Below, one piece after another: positions 9,301-19,600 of a stretch of 64,000 nucleotides of DNA. The stretch spans positions 334 to 64,333 of the forward strand of contig JAKOZT010000064.1 in assembly GCA_029779845.1 (NCBI GenBank), read 5' to 3'. This stretch comes from Pseudomonadota bacterium (lineage in GTDB: Bacteria > Pseudomonadota > Gammaproteobacteria > Burkholderiales > Burkholderiaceae_C). Positions within the stretch are counted from its first letter, which is position 1; each line of letters starts with the position of its first letter. The position numbers and the translations under genes were made by a program. The notes beneath the pieces were generated by a model, which searched no databases, was not told the DNA's origin, and worked only from the letters and a program-made list of their open reading frames with translations.

Positions 9301-10345
9301 CCGAGGCGGCGACCAGATGCTCCTGCCTGGCGACCACGGTCTTGTCGATCGGCACGAACACCGAAGCGCCAGCGGCGGCCGCGCGCGCGGCGCGCGCCGT
9401 CTTCGCCTTCACGGGGCGCGGCGTCGCGCCGCGCTCGCCTTCGGTCAGGCCGAGCGCACGGCGCAAGTCGGTCTGCGCCTTCTCCTGCGCGCGCGCCCAG
9501 GATTCGTCGCCCCATTCGTAGAGCAGCCGCCAGCGCAGCCTCTCCAGCATCTCGTGCAGGCTGCCGTTGTCGCGCGCCTTGTCGAGCGGGTCGAGCGCGG
9601 GGTCGCTCCACCAGCCGGCGATCAGGTAGCTGGCGCAGTCTTCGTCCACGCCGCGCGGCGCGATCGTCGCGAGGTCGGCCAGCGGGTCGTGGAAGGCGAA
9701 GCGGTTCAGCACCGCGTCGTACACGCCCGACCAGACCAGCGCGCCGCCCACCGTGCCGGTGAGCTGCTCGCGTGTCAGCGCTTCTCCGGCATTAGGCGCG
9801 GCGGTGGAAGCGGCACCACCTTCGCTCCATTGCGCCAGCGGCACGGCCGCGGCGCGGTCGGCTTCGAGCACCCAGCCGGTCAGCACCGGCTCGCTCGCGC
9901 CGCGCGGCAGCACGATGCGCAGCACCACCCAGCGATCCGGCAGCGGCGGCAGCGCGAGGCGGTTGGCGCTGCCGTCGGCGGCCGATGCGAAGCGTCCGCG
10001 CAGCAGCGCATCCGGCATCGCCCAGTGCAGGTGCACGCCCGCCGGGCGCGGCGTGCCCTCGGTGAAGGGGTCGGGCAGGCCGTCTTCGATGTCGGCGATC
10101 GGCTTGCCGTCGACGTGAGCCACCAGCATCGGCAGCCGCACCATCTTCTCCTGGCTGCCCGGCGCGACGTAGAGCGCCTGCACGTCGACGGGCACCAGCA
10201 GGCGGTGCTCGCGCAGCAGGTACCTGTCCCAGGTGGCGATCTCCGCGACGTCGAGCGCGGCGCGGTCGGCGGCCAGGAAGCGCTTGCTGCGCAGCAGTTG
10301 CTGCACCTGCGCGGCATCCATCGCGGCGGTGGGCTTGGTGCTCAT
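6341..10345 (-). CDS. hypothetical protein, 1334 aa (operon member, no recognisable domain)
   Basis: Complete track ORF with normal amino-acid composition (MSTKPTAAMDAAQVQQLLRSKRFLAADR..). The ATG at 10345 lies 1 nt after the upstream gene stop (TGAcATG). Its stop overlaps the next gene start (ATGA at 6341-6344). I see no Walker A, signal peptide or catalytic motif. Confidence 0.8.
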   Translation of the reverse strand: MSTKPTAAMDAAQVQQLLRSKRFLAADRAALDVAEIATWDRYLLREHRLLVPVDVQALYVAPGSQEKMVRLPMLVAHVDGKPIADIEDGLPDPFTEGTPRPAGVHLHWAMPDALLRGRFASAADGSANRLALPPLPDRWVVLRIVLPRGASEPVLTGWVLEADRAAAVPLAQWSEGGAASTAAPNAGEALTREQLTGTVGGALVWSGVYDAVLNRFAFHDPLADLATIAPRGVDEDCASYLIAGWWSDPALDPLDKARDNGSLHEMLERLRWRLLYEWGDESWARAQEKAQTDLRRALGLTEGERGATPRPVKAKTARAARAAAAGASVFVPIDKTVVARQEHLVAASVFAADAAQRYTAPAWQLRSSLLHGAIHGVPVTGAAGIDRRPAAEAVSIAFGLHDDDLIAAFAAAQATPEQRRATERLLTAFTAQKVNQLGSPDGAVALEEHEHTIAFASLPAGSAGTDRFLQRVQTGGAGGLGLGRKRGERVGLTAQTKATKNVLGAQGPKLQAETHFATQGKPNLIKATEALINDLARSRVGDVLSPTEARVVDHPAPRFAFPTEPMLALRGAGRSLRHGNDGRGSADGKLSCRWPTHVIAEIDGVIAKDRFIRSLGNGSLPPEVLTLSREALLHDPYHDEWIAAALAPPGTGRNALLTRLKAESVLRFGRDGAYDGGTAVLAATLARSPSRSARAPAQGVRPGLREQQSLVSDELRKFSLYKGADPDLVGVSTWAQPWVPLWLEWELKVEGLDPPTLQAWQLGAVDLEGSTTTFEGDTATLRGRAPLTSGAAKTLHDAISDWLKAEDALDDDGAGQVDEALEDAYRVLDSAVQHLDVMTATCDGLRTQLLGLPARDGLHRPSAASGVSNPAPTAPPHLLLAGCATLTRARVLDAFGRTLELPVQGVITTTRETLPDRAGALLLRPRLLRPARWLFRLVDAATPPGAEGTEARVDQIEAALQVNPVAGFVMPDHLDESLEVFGADGAAIGELLHEPVSGGVMWEIAAGREGPADAGPHHGLAPAQKPLADFAAALVAADAAARGGTPVGEDTAAESALSALLRAIDTTLWTVDSFASLGSEHVAGLVGRPIAVVRAQLRLELRPPEDIDLSDPQRAAEWAQAEQEAARHAFPVRIGELTRSDDGVLGFFVDDDYSRFRLVDKAIAGIAPEAGRSRGQLGVFARSAGLPAASAIVHPYIAGSDDADTLLLHLGQTVTLTIFMHPAGKATLSSGLLPRKALALARDWVGPGLQAIAPSLRTGPVLVETDLAKEGQVRLPKVSVFGKDQNFLWRDTPASWRSDAILAATQTALLPDTPAEFREGWIRVAPAKPEGSSS

Positions 10346-10346
10346 G

Positions 10347-11369
10347 TCATGCCTTCCCGAGTTGGGTGGCGAGCGTGCTCTTCCACACGTCCAGCTTCAC
10401 CGTCGCCTTGAAGCGATCCAGCGCGTAGAACTTCTGCCCCTCGTCGTCCTTCGGGTCGCCGAACACCTGGCGGTAGGGGAAGCGCAGCATCTGCAAGGCG
10501 TACTCGTTCGACTCCAGCGTGCCGCCGCTGTGGGGCGCCTTGGCGGCGAGGCGCTGGCGCAGCGTGTGGATGTCGATGACGCCCGGCGCGCCGGCGCGGA
10601 ACGGCACCTCGACCGAGTTCGCGTTGGTGAAGTCGTCCAGCGGCGGCACGCTGTCGCCCGTGTTGCAGTCGCGCACCTTGACCTTGGCGCGGCGTGCGTT
10701 GGGCGGGTCCTCCGGATCGAGGCGCGCGCCGAACTGGATGCCCTGGCGCGGCTCCTCGATGTGCACCACTGCCGGCACGCCGTCGAACAGCACCAGCAGC
10801 ACCGCCGGCGCGAGGCGCTCCATGCGCAGCACCTTCATGCGCGCCGGGTGCGACTCGGCCACGTCGCTCAGCTCGGCGTCGGGCAGCGAATCGGTGGAAT
10901 AGGCGCGCACGTGCAGGTTGGGCCAGCCCGACACCGCGCGCGAGCGCATCAGAAAGCCGGTGATCGTGCCGCTGCCGGCCTTCAGCAAGGCCTCGCCGCG
11001 CGGCTTGCGGATCGTGCGCTCGGCCTCGTCGACCTCGGCGCGGATGTGCGGGTACACCGCTTCGAGCTGCGTGCGGTCGGCGCTGCTGATGGTGCCGACG
11101 CTGAGCGCGCCTTGCACCAGCGCATCGGTCCAGGCGCGGTCGAGGTAGAAGAAGCGGATGGATTCGACCGGCAGCAGCGCGGCATCCGGCACGAGGTAGC
11201 TGAAAGGCACGCCGTGCAGCAGGCGCAGCCGCGCGAGGAAGCGGCGCAGCTCGCCGGGCACGACGTGCGCGCCGTCGTCGGGGTCGTTGTCGGTGGCGAT
11301 CTCGGCGTAGTGCGTCGCGGCCTTCACGGCCGCCCGCAGAGCGACTTCGGCGCTGATGGTGGACTTCAT
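10347..11369 (-). CDS. hypothetical protein, 340 aa (operon member)
   Basis: Distal part of track ORF 10347..13016. ATG at 11369-11367 (MKSTISAEVALRAAVKAATHYAEI) overlaps the upstream stop as ATGA. Composition is normal after this Met and Arg/Gly-rich junk before it. Notable motif: LLHGVPFSYLVPDAALLPVESIRFFYLDRAWTDALVQGALSVG. Confidence 0.8.
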   Translation of the reverse strand: MKSTISAEVALRAAVKAATHYAEIATDNDPDDGAHVVPGELRRFLARLRLLHGVPFSYLVPDAALLPVESIRFFYLDRAWTDALVQGALSVGTISSADRTQLEAVYPHIRAEVDEAERTIRKPRGEALLKAGSGTITGFLMRSRAVSGWPNLHVRAYSTDSLPDAELSDVAESHPARMKVLRMERLAPAVLLVLFDGVPAVVHIEEPRQGIQFGARLDPEDPPNARRAKVKVRDCNTGDSVPPLDDFTNANSVEVPFRAGAPGVIDIHTLRQRLAAKAPHSGGTLESNEYALQMLRFPYRQVFGDPKDDEGQKFYALDRFKATVKLDVWKSTLATQLGKA

Positions 11370-13378
11370 GGCTGGGCCTCCTCGTCGTCCTCGTCGGCGG
11401 GCGCATTGGCGATCAGATCGTCGAGTGCATCCGGCATGCGCGCCGCCTGCGCGCGCCGCACGCCGCCGATCACCCCCTTGGTGGGCGGCGCCGCCACCGC
11501 CAGCGTGCGCTGCAGCTCGCCTTGCAGCGCGGCGCGCAGCGCGGGGATCACCAGCTTTTCGCTCGGCGCCTGGCCGGGCTGCACCGCCAGCGGCACGCCG
11601 GTGGTCTGCAAGGCGCTGAGCAGGCCGACCGCGTCGGCGCGTTTCTTCAGCGCGGCGAGGTCGAAGCCGAGTCCGGCGGCGACCAGCTTGTCGAGGTCGC
11701 CATCGACGCGCAGCGGCCGCCCCGGATCGGCCACCGGGCGCTGCGGGCCGATCATGCGATCGGTGTTCTTCGCCAGCACCGGCAGCACCTGCATCGCGAC
11801 GAAGCGGCCGAGATCGACGCGCTCGTCGCGCAGGTCGGGCAGCGCGAAGGGCATCAGCTCGGCGAGGATCTCGCGCACGCGCCCGGCGCCGAACTGCTCG
11901 GCGCGGAAGCGCAGCAGCGCCGACACCACCGACAGCTGCGACAGCGCCAGCAGCCGGCCGATCTCGAAGGCGGCGGCCAGCGCCAGGTCTTCGCGGCCGT
12001 CGGGGATCACGCGGCGCAGCTGGTCGGCCGAATGCGCCAGCGCGAGCGGCTCGTCCTTCGCGTTCGAATCGCGCGGCGTCGGGAAGGGCACGCAGGGGCC
12101 GCGGTACCAGGCGCGCAGCGGGTCGCCGCGGCGCGTGCGGTGCGCCAGGCCGATGTGGCCGGTCTGCACCACCTCGGGCTGGGCCTGGGAAGCGGGGGAA
12201 TTCGGCGCGACTTCGGGCACGCTGCCGAGCAGGCCGACGTCGAGATCCTGCATCAAGGTCTCGAAGGTCGCGCCCTCGTTGGTGGTGAACGACCAGTGCG
12301 CCAGCAGCGGGAAGCGCAGCACCTTCTCCTGCGCGTACAGCTCGATCGGCAGGCGAAAGCCCAGCGCCATCGTGTCGCGCACCATGCGCTTGGCATCGGG
12401 GTCGAGCGCGGCGGCGGCCACCTTCTGCGTGGCGCTCGCGCTCCACTGCTTGCTCACCGTGGGCTGCTGCATCGTCGTGCCGCCGTCGAGCGCCGCGCCG
12501 AGCCTGGCGCCCTTGGCGTTGGCGTTGGCGGCCGCCAACGCCGCCTGCGCGCGCGGCGCGCCCGGGCCCAGCGCGGGCGAGGGCAGCACGACGTTGCCGA
12601 TGGCGACGTTGCCCATCACCTGCGCGTCGGCCGAGCCGAGCGCGTTGACCGTCGCGAGCACGGACCAGTCCTGCGCCAGCGCGAACTCGAAACTCGCCTT
12701 CGGCGGCTGCGGCTTGGGCAGCGCCTCGAGCTGGCCTTCGAGGTTGACCAGGCAGGCCATGTAGCGCACCGGCTTGCCTGCTGCCTTGTCGAACACCGGC
12801 AGGCGGTTGGCCAGCACCACCGCGAGCCAGCCGTCGTCGTCGCCGTTGGCGAGTTCGGTGTCGTTGACGTCGACCTCGCGCACGTGCGCGAGCAGCTCGA
12901 GATCTTCCTTGCAGGGGAAGACCTTCTTCACCACCGTCTCGGTGACGCCGAGGTACAGGCCCTGCTCGACGTCCTTGTCGCCGGGGTCGAGCAGCGCGGT
13001 GCCGGGCGTCACGCACTCGCGCACCGGCGTCGCGGTAGACAGCGTCGCCTCGCCTTCGGCCACCACCACCAGCGCGAGCCAGGGCGTGGGCGAAGGCGCG
13101 ATCGCGCCGGCCGGGTTGCGCTCCCAGGGCAGGGTGCGGCGCTTGAGCACGATCTGCGGCAACCGGTCGCCGAAGGCGCCTTCGGCGTTGGCGGGCGGGA
13201 AGCTGGACAGGATCTGGTCGACCGGCATCGTGTAGCGCGGCGCCGCCACCTGGATGTGCGTGCTCTCGGGCTCCACCTCGAAGGGCAGGCCGGTCTGCTC
13301 GGTGCGCAGCTCGTAGCGCCCCGCCGTGATCTTGGGCATCACGTTGGAGTGCAGGATGAAGTGGCCGGTGCGGGGCAT
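11366..13378 (-). CDS. hypothetical protein, 670 aa (operon member)
   Basis: Complete track ORF (MPRTGHFILHSNVMPKITAGRYELRTEQ..) with normal composition and an acidic C-terminus (ADEDDEEAQP). ATG at 13378, with an alternative ATG 13 codons downstream. No clear SD for either start. No recognisable domain. Confidence 0.75.
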   Translation of the reverse strand: MPRTGHFILHSNVMPKITAGRYELRTEQTGLPFEVEPESTHIQVAAPRYTMPVDQILSSFPPANAEGAFGDRLPQIVLKRRTLPWERNPAGAIAPSPTPWLALVVVAEGEATLSTATPVRECVTPGTALLDPGDKDVEQGLYLGVTETVVKKVFPCKEDLELLAHVREVDVNDTELANGDDDGWLAVVLANRLPVFDKAAGKPVRYMACLVNLEGQLEALPKPQPPKASFEFALAQDWSVLATVNALGSADAQVMGNVAIGNVVLPSPALGPGAPRAQAALAAANANAKGARLGAALDGGTTMQQPTVSKQWSASATQKVAAAALDPDAKRMVRDTMALGFRLPIELYAQEKVLRFPLLAHWSFTTNEGATFETLMQDLDVGLLGSVPEVAPNSPASQAQPEVVQTGHIGLAHRTRRGDPLRAWYRGPCVPFPTPRDSNAKDEPLALAHSADQLRRVIPDGREDLALAAAFEIGRLLALSQLSVVSALLRFRAEQFGAGRVREILAELMPFALPDLRDERVDLGRFVAMQVLPVLAKNTDRMIGPQRPVADPGRPLRVDGDLDKLVAAGLGFDLAALKKRADAVGLLSALQTTGVPLAVQPGQAPSEKLVIPALRAALQGELQRTLAVAAPPTKGVIGGVRRAQAARMPDALDDLIANAPADEDDEEAQP

Positions 13379-13400
13379 GTCAGTGGTCCGCGTGAAACAA

Positions 13401-13571
13401 CCGTTCGCCCTGAGCGGGGGACTGAGCTTGTCGAAGTCCCCGTGTCGAAGGGGCGGCGATGGCGGGGCGCCTCGAGGGCTTCGACAAAGCCTGTCCTGAG
13501 CTTGTCGAAGGGCTCAGCCCCTTCGGCAAGCTCAGGACCCGCGGGGGCTTCGACAAGCTCAGCCCGAACGG
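13401..13571. repeat. cluster of REP-like palindromic units (CTGAGCTTGTCGAAG / CTTCGACAAGCTCAG) in the intercistronic gap
   Basis: CTGAGCTTGTCGAAG occurs at 13422-13436 and 13496-13510. Its reverse complement CTTCGACAAGCTCAG is at 13548-13562, with a degenerate copy CTTCGACAAAGCCTG at 13479-13493. Outer arms are CCGTTCG (13401-13407) and CGAACGG (13565-13571). A related copy lies at 55381-55453. Confidence 0.8.
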
Positions 13572-13602
13572 AGCAGGGGGGCAGCAGATACCGGTTTTCA
13601 TT

Positions 13603-16600
13603 TCAGCGTCGTCCTCTCGATGTGCGTTGGCTGCCGCGCGCCATGCGCCGCGCCAGCGCCATCACCGCGGTGCCGCCTTGCGCGCGCGCCTTGGCGGTGG
13701 CGCGTTCGTCGGCGCTGCGCGTCGGCGCCACCCAGGCGATGCGGCTGGTGGCGGCACCTTCGGCGGGGTTCATCGCCGCGAAGGGCTGCATCGCCGCGTC
13801 CAGCCCGCGCGAGGCGACCAGCGCCACCGCGCCGGTGGCGTCGACCTCGGCCGAGGCCATCACGCCGACCAGTGACCAGCCTTGCTCGCTGGCGATGGTC
13901 ACGACCACCGGCCGGATGTCGCCCTGACCGCCCTCGGGCACGATGTCGTAGGCGAGCACGCTGCGGTTGTCCATCGCCAGCAGCACCGGCGCGCGTTCGT
14001 TGCCGGCGGCGTCGAGCGCGCGCGCGGCGCCGTCGAGGCCCAGCAGCAATTGCCGCGCTTCGATCGGCTCGCCCGAGGCCGCCGGGTCGTCGAGCGCGAT
14101 CAGCACGGTGCGTGCCGGGATGGAGAAGGTGGTGGTCACCGTGCTGACGCCGCGCGCCAGCTCGGCGCCGCCGACCCAGCCGGCCTCCAGCCGCTCGCGG
14201 TGCGGCATCAGGCGCTCGCCGGCCGAGCGAGCCACGCAGCCCGGGCCGATGGCGCTGCCCCAGCCGGCATACGGCAGCTGCATGCCGGCGTGCCAGCCGG
14301 CCAGGCCGATGCGCGCGCCGGCGGCCGCACCGGCACGCTGCACCACGCCCTGGCCGATCGCGACGATGCGCTCGGTGCCTTGCGGAATCTCGAGGTTGTC
14401 GCGCTGCATCTCGGGGCCGACCAGCACATCGGCGATGGTCCGGCCGCCATGCGCGAGCAGTACCACACGCGCCGGCGCACCTGTCACCACGAGGCGAGGC
14501 CTGCGGCCCTCGGGCGCGGCGTCGGCGCGCGCGTTGGGCAGCTTGAGCACCACGGTCTGCCCGGTGGCGAGCGCAGCGCCGGGGCTGTTGGCGGCGCTGG
14601 CACCGGCACGCGCCGCACGCAGCGTCGAGCCCACGGCCAGCGCGCTGCCGAATTCCGCCAGCGGCGCGGCCAGCGGCGTGCCGCGGCGCGCCACCAGCGC
14701 GGTCGCGCCGTGCGCCACCGCGCTGGGCGGCACGCTCTGCGCGGCGATCAGCGTGGCGGCACCGCCTTCGCGGCCGTTCATCGCCGGCGTGTCGGTGACG
14801 ACCAGCTTGGCCGCGACGGAGCGGCTGCGCTGCGCTTCCACGCCGGCCAGCGTCGGCGGCGCCGTGCGCCAGGCGCGCTCCGAGCCCTTCACCGTGGTGC
14901 GCACCTTGGCCGCGGCGGCGATGCCCACCGTCGCGCCGGCCAGCAGGCCGACGACCAGCGGCGCGTCGACGAAATGGTCGTAGACCTTGGGCGCGGGCGG
15001 CTCGGCGGTGTCGGGCACGGTGATGGGCGTGGCGGCTTCCAGCCCTTCGGTCAGCGTGCCCAGCCGCGGCGGCGCCTGGCGTTCGCCGCGCAGCGCCGCC
15101 AGCGCGGTGGGCGAAGCGCGCGAGGCGAGGAAGTCCCGGGCCGACGCGAACGCCGCATCGACGCTGGTGGGCGCCGCCAGCAGTTCGCTCACCGACTTCG
15201 CCGCATTGCGCTGCGCGTTGATCTCGACGGCGCGGCGCGTGAAGGGCAGCGGCTTGCGCTTGCCGATCTCGACCTGGTAATACGGAATCTCCGGCCCGCC
15301 CGGCGTGGGCGTGGCGCTGCACACCATGTCGAGCTCGGACAGCGCCTCGATCATCTCGGCCTTGGGCACCTTGCGCGCGTTCGGGTCTTGCGGCAGCCCC
15401 CACACGCCGACCGGGAAGCGCCCGAACGGCCGCGCGCGGTCGACGAAGGGGTAGGGCTGGTCGACGCCGTTGCGCCGCCAGCTGATCACGATGGTCGGCG
15501 TGACGTTCGCCTTGTCCATCGGTGCGACGCCGAGCGCGCGGCTGGGCGCGTGGTTGCTGGTCGCCTGTGCCGCCGGCGCCAGCGTGCGCGTGACGCGCGA
15601 GGCCGGCACGGTGCTGGTGAACGTCATCGAGAACTCGACCACCACGACGAAGGGCCGCGAGGACGATCCATCCGGCGTCGAGTCCTCGCCCTTGGCCGGC
15701 AGCGCGCCGGTGTTGGTCATCAGCGCGTGCGGGCGTGCCTTGCCGCTGTCGGCCGCTTCGAGGTACTTGAGGATGAAGGCGTCGGCCGCCAGCGGCTGCT
15801 TCTGCTCCTTGCCGTCGCCGCCGAACTCGAAGGTCAGCTCGATCGGGCCGACCTCGAAGGTGACGCTGCCGCGGAACTCCGGGCCGAGCACGTGGATGCG
15901 CGCGCCGAGGTGGATCGAGATCGTGATCTCGCCGAACAGCCAGGTGTCGATGGTCACGCCCGCGGCGATGCGCGCGTAGGCCATCACGTCGTAGTGGAAG
16001 GGATCGAAGTAGACGATGCCGTGCGCGCCGAACTTCACCTCGGCCCAGGCCGGCCCGAAATGCGCCGAGGCCTCGAAGTCGCCGCCGGCCATCAGCGCCT
16101 CGGAGGTCAGCGCGAAGTAGCTGCCGGCCTTGATGACGATGTTGTCGCCGATGCTCCAGCGCAGCCCCAGGCGCGGCACCACCGGGTAGCCGTCGCGGTG
16201 GAAGTCGGGGTGGTAGCCGCCCAGCGTCAGCACGAACTCGCCGGCCTTCTCGCCCTTGAACCAGATCACGTAGGCGAAGCCGCCGGTCAGCTTGATGTCG
16301 GGGTAGAGCAGCCAGGAGTTGTCGGTCAGCTGCCCCTGCACCCACAGCACGCCCTCGCTGCTGGAAAAGCGCACCAGCAGCGCCAGCTCGATCGAGACGA
16401 TCGCCGCCTGCGGGCGTGGCAGCGCCATGCGCGCCAGGCCCATCAGGTTGATGTCCAGCCCGTCGCCGATCTGCACGCCCACCACCGCGATGCCGTCGAC
16501 CAGCGCGAAGCTGTTGAAGCTCAGCCCGGCGGCGAACCAGAAGGTGCCCTTCTTCATCGGGAAGTAGTTGCCCAGCGCGCGCAGCTGCGCCATCGGTTCG

Positions 16601-19600
16601 CCGGGCTTGGCGGCGATGTCCAGCGCCTGGATCAGCGGGTAGTCGCCGAACTTCGCGAGGTCGCTCGGCAGGCGCATCAGCCGGTTGATGCCGAAGCCGC
16701 CGCCGATGCCGGTGAGGAAGAAGGCCGGCGGCCCGCCGATCGGCCCGTTGACCGCACCGATCGCGAAGAAGGCGGTGAAGCGCTGGCCGTTCTCCTCGCC
16801 CTCGCCATAGCCGCCGTAGACCGTCAGGCCGTAGACCGCGAAGCGGCCCAGCAGCATGCCGAGGTACTCGATGTTCGGCGCCACGCCCTGCTTGAGCAGG
16901 CCGCCGGCGATGGACACGCCGGCCATGTCGGCCGAGACCGCCAGGCCGGCCAGGTCGATGGACCAGCTGCCCGGGTTGAAGAAGTCGTTGTTGCCGACGA
17001 AGTAGGTGATCTGCAGGTCGTCGACCGCGCAGGTCAGCCCGAACATGGACACCGAGCCGTCCATCAGCAGCGAGATGCGCTCCAGGCGGCCTTGGGGCGA
17101 GGCGGCGCCGAAGCCGATCTGCTCGAGGTACAGCGGGCCGAAGCCCTTCTGGATCGCGATCCACCACGGCCCGGTGCCGTCGCCTGCCGTGAGCGACACC
17201 TGCACCGCGCCGCCGTCGTGCGCCTGGATCGCCAGCGCGGGCGAAAACGCCGGCTTGGGCGGCGTCGGCCCGGTGTCGCGCATCACGCCCTGCGCGATGC
17301 CGTTGTCGCCCTTGGCGCCGGAGGCCGAGACGGCGAGATTCGAGAACTGCAACTGCGCGCCGCCGCCCTTGACGCCGGCCGCCGTGATCGCGGCGAAGAC
17401 GTGCAGCGCGATGGATTCGAGCGTGATGCCGGCGTCGAGCAGCGGCCCGGAGCGCTTGCCGACGCGCAGCCCCAGGCCGTTGACGACCAGGCTGGGCTCG
17501 AAGCGCAGCGGCAGCGTGGGCGGGATGAAGCCGACGAACAGGCCGCCGTCGTCCGTGCCGGACGCGCCGTCGATCCAGCGCGCATCGTTCTCCAGCCACA
17601 GCGACACGTCGCCTTCGACCAGCGCGAAACGATCGCCCACGCCGACCTGCAAGCCGATCGTGCCGGTGTCGTCGTGCTGCTTGAACGCGAGCACGAAGTC
17701 GTCGATCGTGATCGTGATGCCCGCGCCGGCGATGTTGGTGAAGAGGCGGTGGAAGCGCGCGAGCAGCGTGGCCGGGTCGAACAGGCCGTCGATGAGCTGC
17801 GCGTTGTCGGCCGGATCGAGCACCACGCCTTCGAGCAGGAAGCGCACGTTCCGGTCGCCGACTTCGGTGTCGAGCAGATCCTTCACCGGCTGCTGCGCCA
17901 TCGCGACGGCGGCCACCAGGTCGGCGACGATGTCGACGATGCGCAGCGCCACCTGCGCCGGGTCGGCGGTGGCCACGGCGGTGGCGAGCGCGCCGTCGCT
18001 GGCGACGATGTCGAAGCCGCCGCCGTCCAGCCTCCAGCGCGCCGCGAAGTGGTGCGTGTCGTCGGCCGAGAGCCCGACCATCACGCGCCGCCCGCCGGCC
18101 GGCGCGAGGCCGGCGGCCACACTCGCGAACGGCCGCAGCCGCACACCGCCGGCGTCTATGTCGGCGGGGCCGAGCGCGACGCTCAGTTCGTCGAGGCCGG
18201 CGGCGCTGATGGCCAGCGTCAGGCCCAGCGTCTCGATGCCCGGCACGGGGATGCCGGGCACGCTGATCGCGACGCGGCTGGAGGCGGGGCGCCAGGAGAG
18301 CGTGAAGAGATCGTCGACGGCGACACGCAGCTCGTTGACGTCGCCGCTGGCGCTCACCTGGGCGGGCAGGAAGTCGTCGAGGATGGGCGCGATCAGGTTC
18401 AGGCCGGTGGCGGTGATCGAAGGCACCGCCGCTGTCAGCGCGCCCACAGGGTTGGCAGCCCATTGCCGCAGCGCCTCGGCGCTGAAGGCTTTGGGCGTGC
18501 CGGCGCGCAGCGCCAGCGCATCGCCGACGGTGCGCACCAGATTGCCCGGCGTGCCGGGCAGCTCGGCGAGCTTGTCGAGCAGGAAGGGCAAGGCCGCCTC
18601 GGCCGCCGCCGCGAGGCCGCCCAGGCCGGCGAAGGGCACCAGCGCAATGTCGGCGCCGCTGGCCGGGCGCAGGAAGAGTTCGACGCCGGCGTTGCCGATG
18701 CGCGTGTGCACCGCCTGGCGTCCCGGTTCGGCGCTGTCGAGGCCGAGATGCGCTTCGAGTGCCACGCGCGGAGCGCCGCTCAGGCCCACCGCGAGGCTTG
18801 CGCCGATCGCGCCCGACAGGCGCGCACCGCCGCCGCCCGGCGCGGCCCACACGCTCGGATCGACCGCGATGAGCAGCCGCGCGCCGCCACCGTCGGCGCT
18901 GACCGCCAGACTGACGCCGTTGGCGATCGACAAGGGCGAGCCCGGCGCACCGGTCAAGCCCATCAAGGGGCGCAGCGCGTCGAAGAGGGTCTGGATCTTC
19001 AGCGGATTGGCAGCAAGGGATTCCGCGCTGCGCAGCCAGCCCGCCGGGTCGGCCAGCAGTCCGGGGAGCGGGCGCAGCGCGCGCTCCGCGTCGCCGGCTG
19101 TGCCGGCGAGCATGCCGAAGGCATCCAGCATCGCGTCGATCAATGGCCGCGCTTCTTCGTCGGCGCGGCGCATCAGTTCGAGCGCGACGTGCGCCGCGAG
19201 GCTGGGCGCCGCCTGCGCGAGCAGCCGCGCGAGCGCCTCGCCATCGGGCGCCGGCCACAGCGGCGCGATCGCCGTGCGCGTGCTGCTCTGATGCCAGTGC
19301 AGATCGACCGCGAAGGGGTTCAGCGCGATCTGCAATTGCACGCCGCCGACGGTGGGCAGCGCCGTGCCGGGGCCGACGCTCAGCGTGCCCGTCAGCCCGG
19401 CGGGCGACGCGCTGACATCCGCCGCCCAGCCGAAACGCCCCGTGCCGCTGCCTTGCACATGCACCGCGTGCGCGGCTAGGTCGACGCTGGCGCCCAGCGG
19501 GCCGAGCAGCGCATTGACCGCCGATGCGAGCTGCCCACCGGCCGCGGCAAGCCGCTGGCGGATCAATCCGGCCGGGTCGTGCACGAGTTGGTCGACCGCA

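Noticed and set aside
94-12764. Long plus-strand ORFs antisense to the operon (94..1575, 1206..6155, 6683..10411, 10233..12764, 11522..13927)
   Set aside because: They are antisense shadows of the minus-strand genes, with Arg/Ala/Gly/His-rich low-complexity translations, no motifs and no start-site signals.
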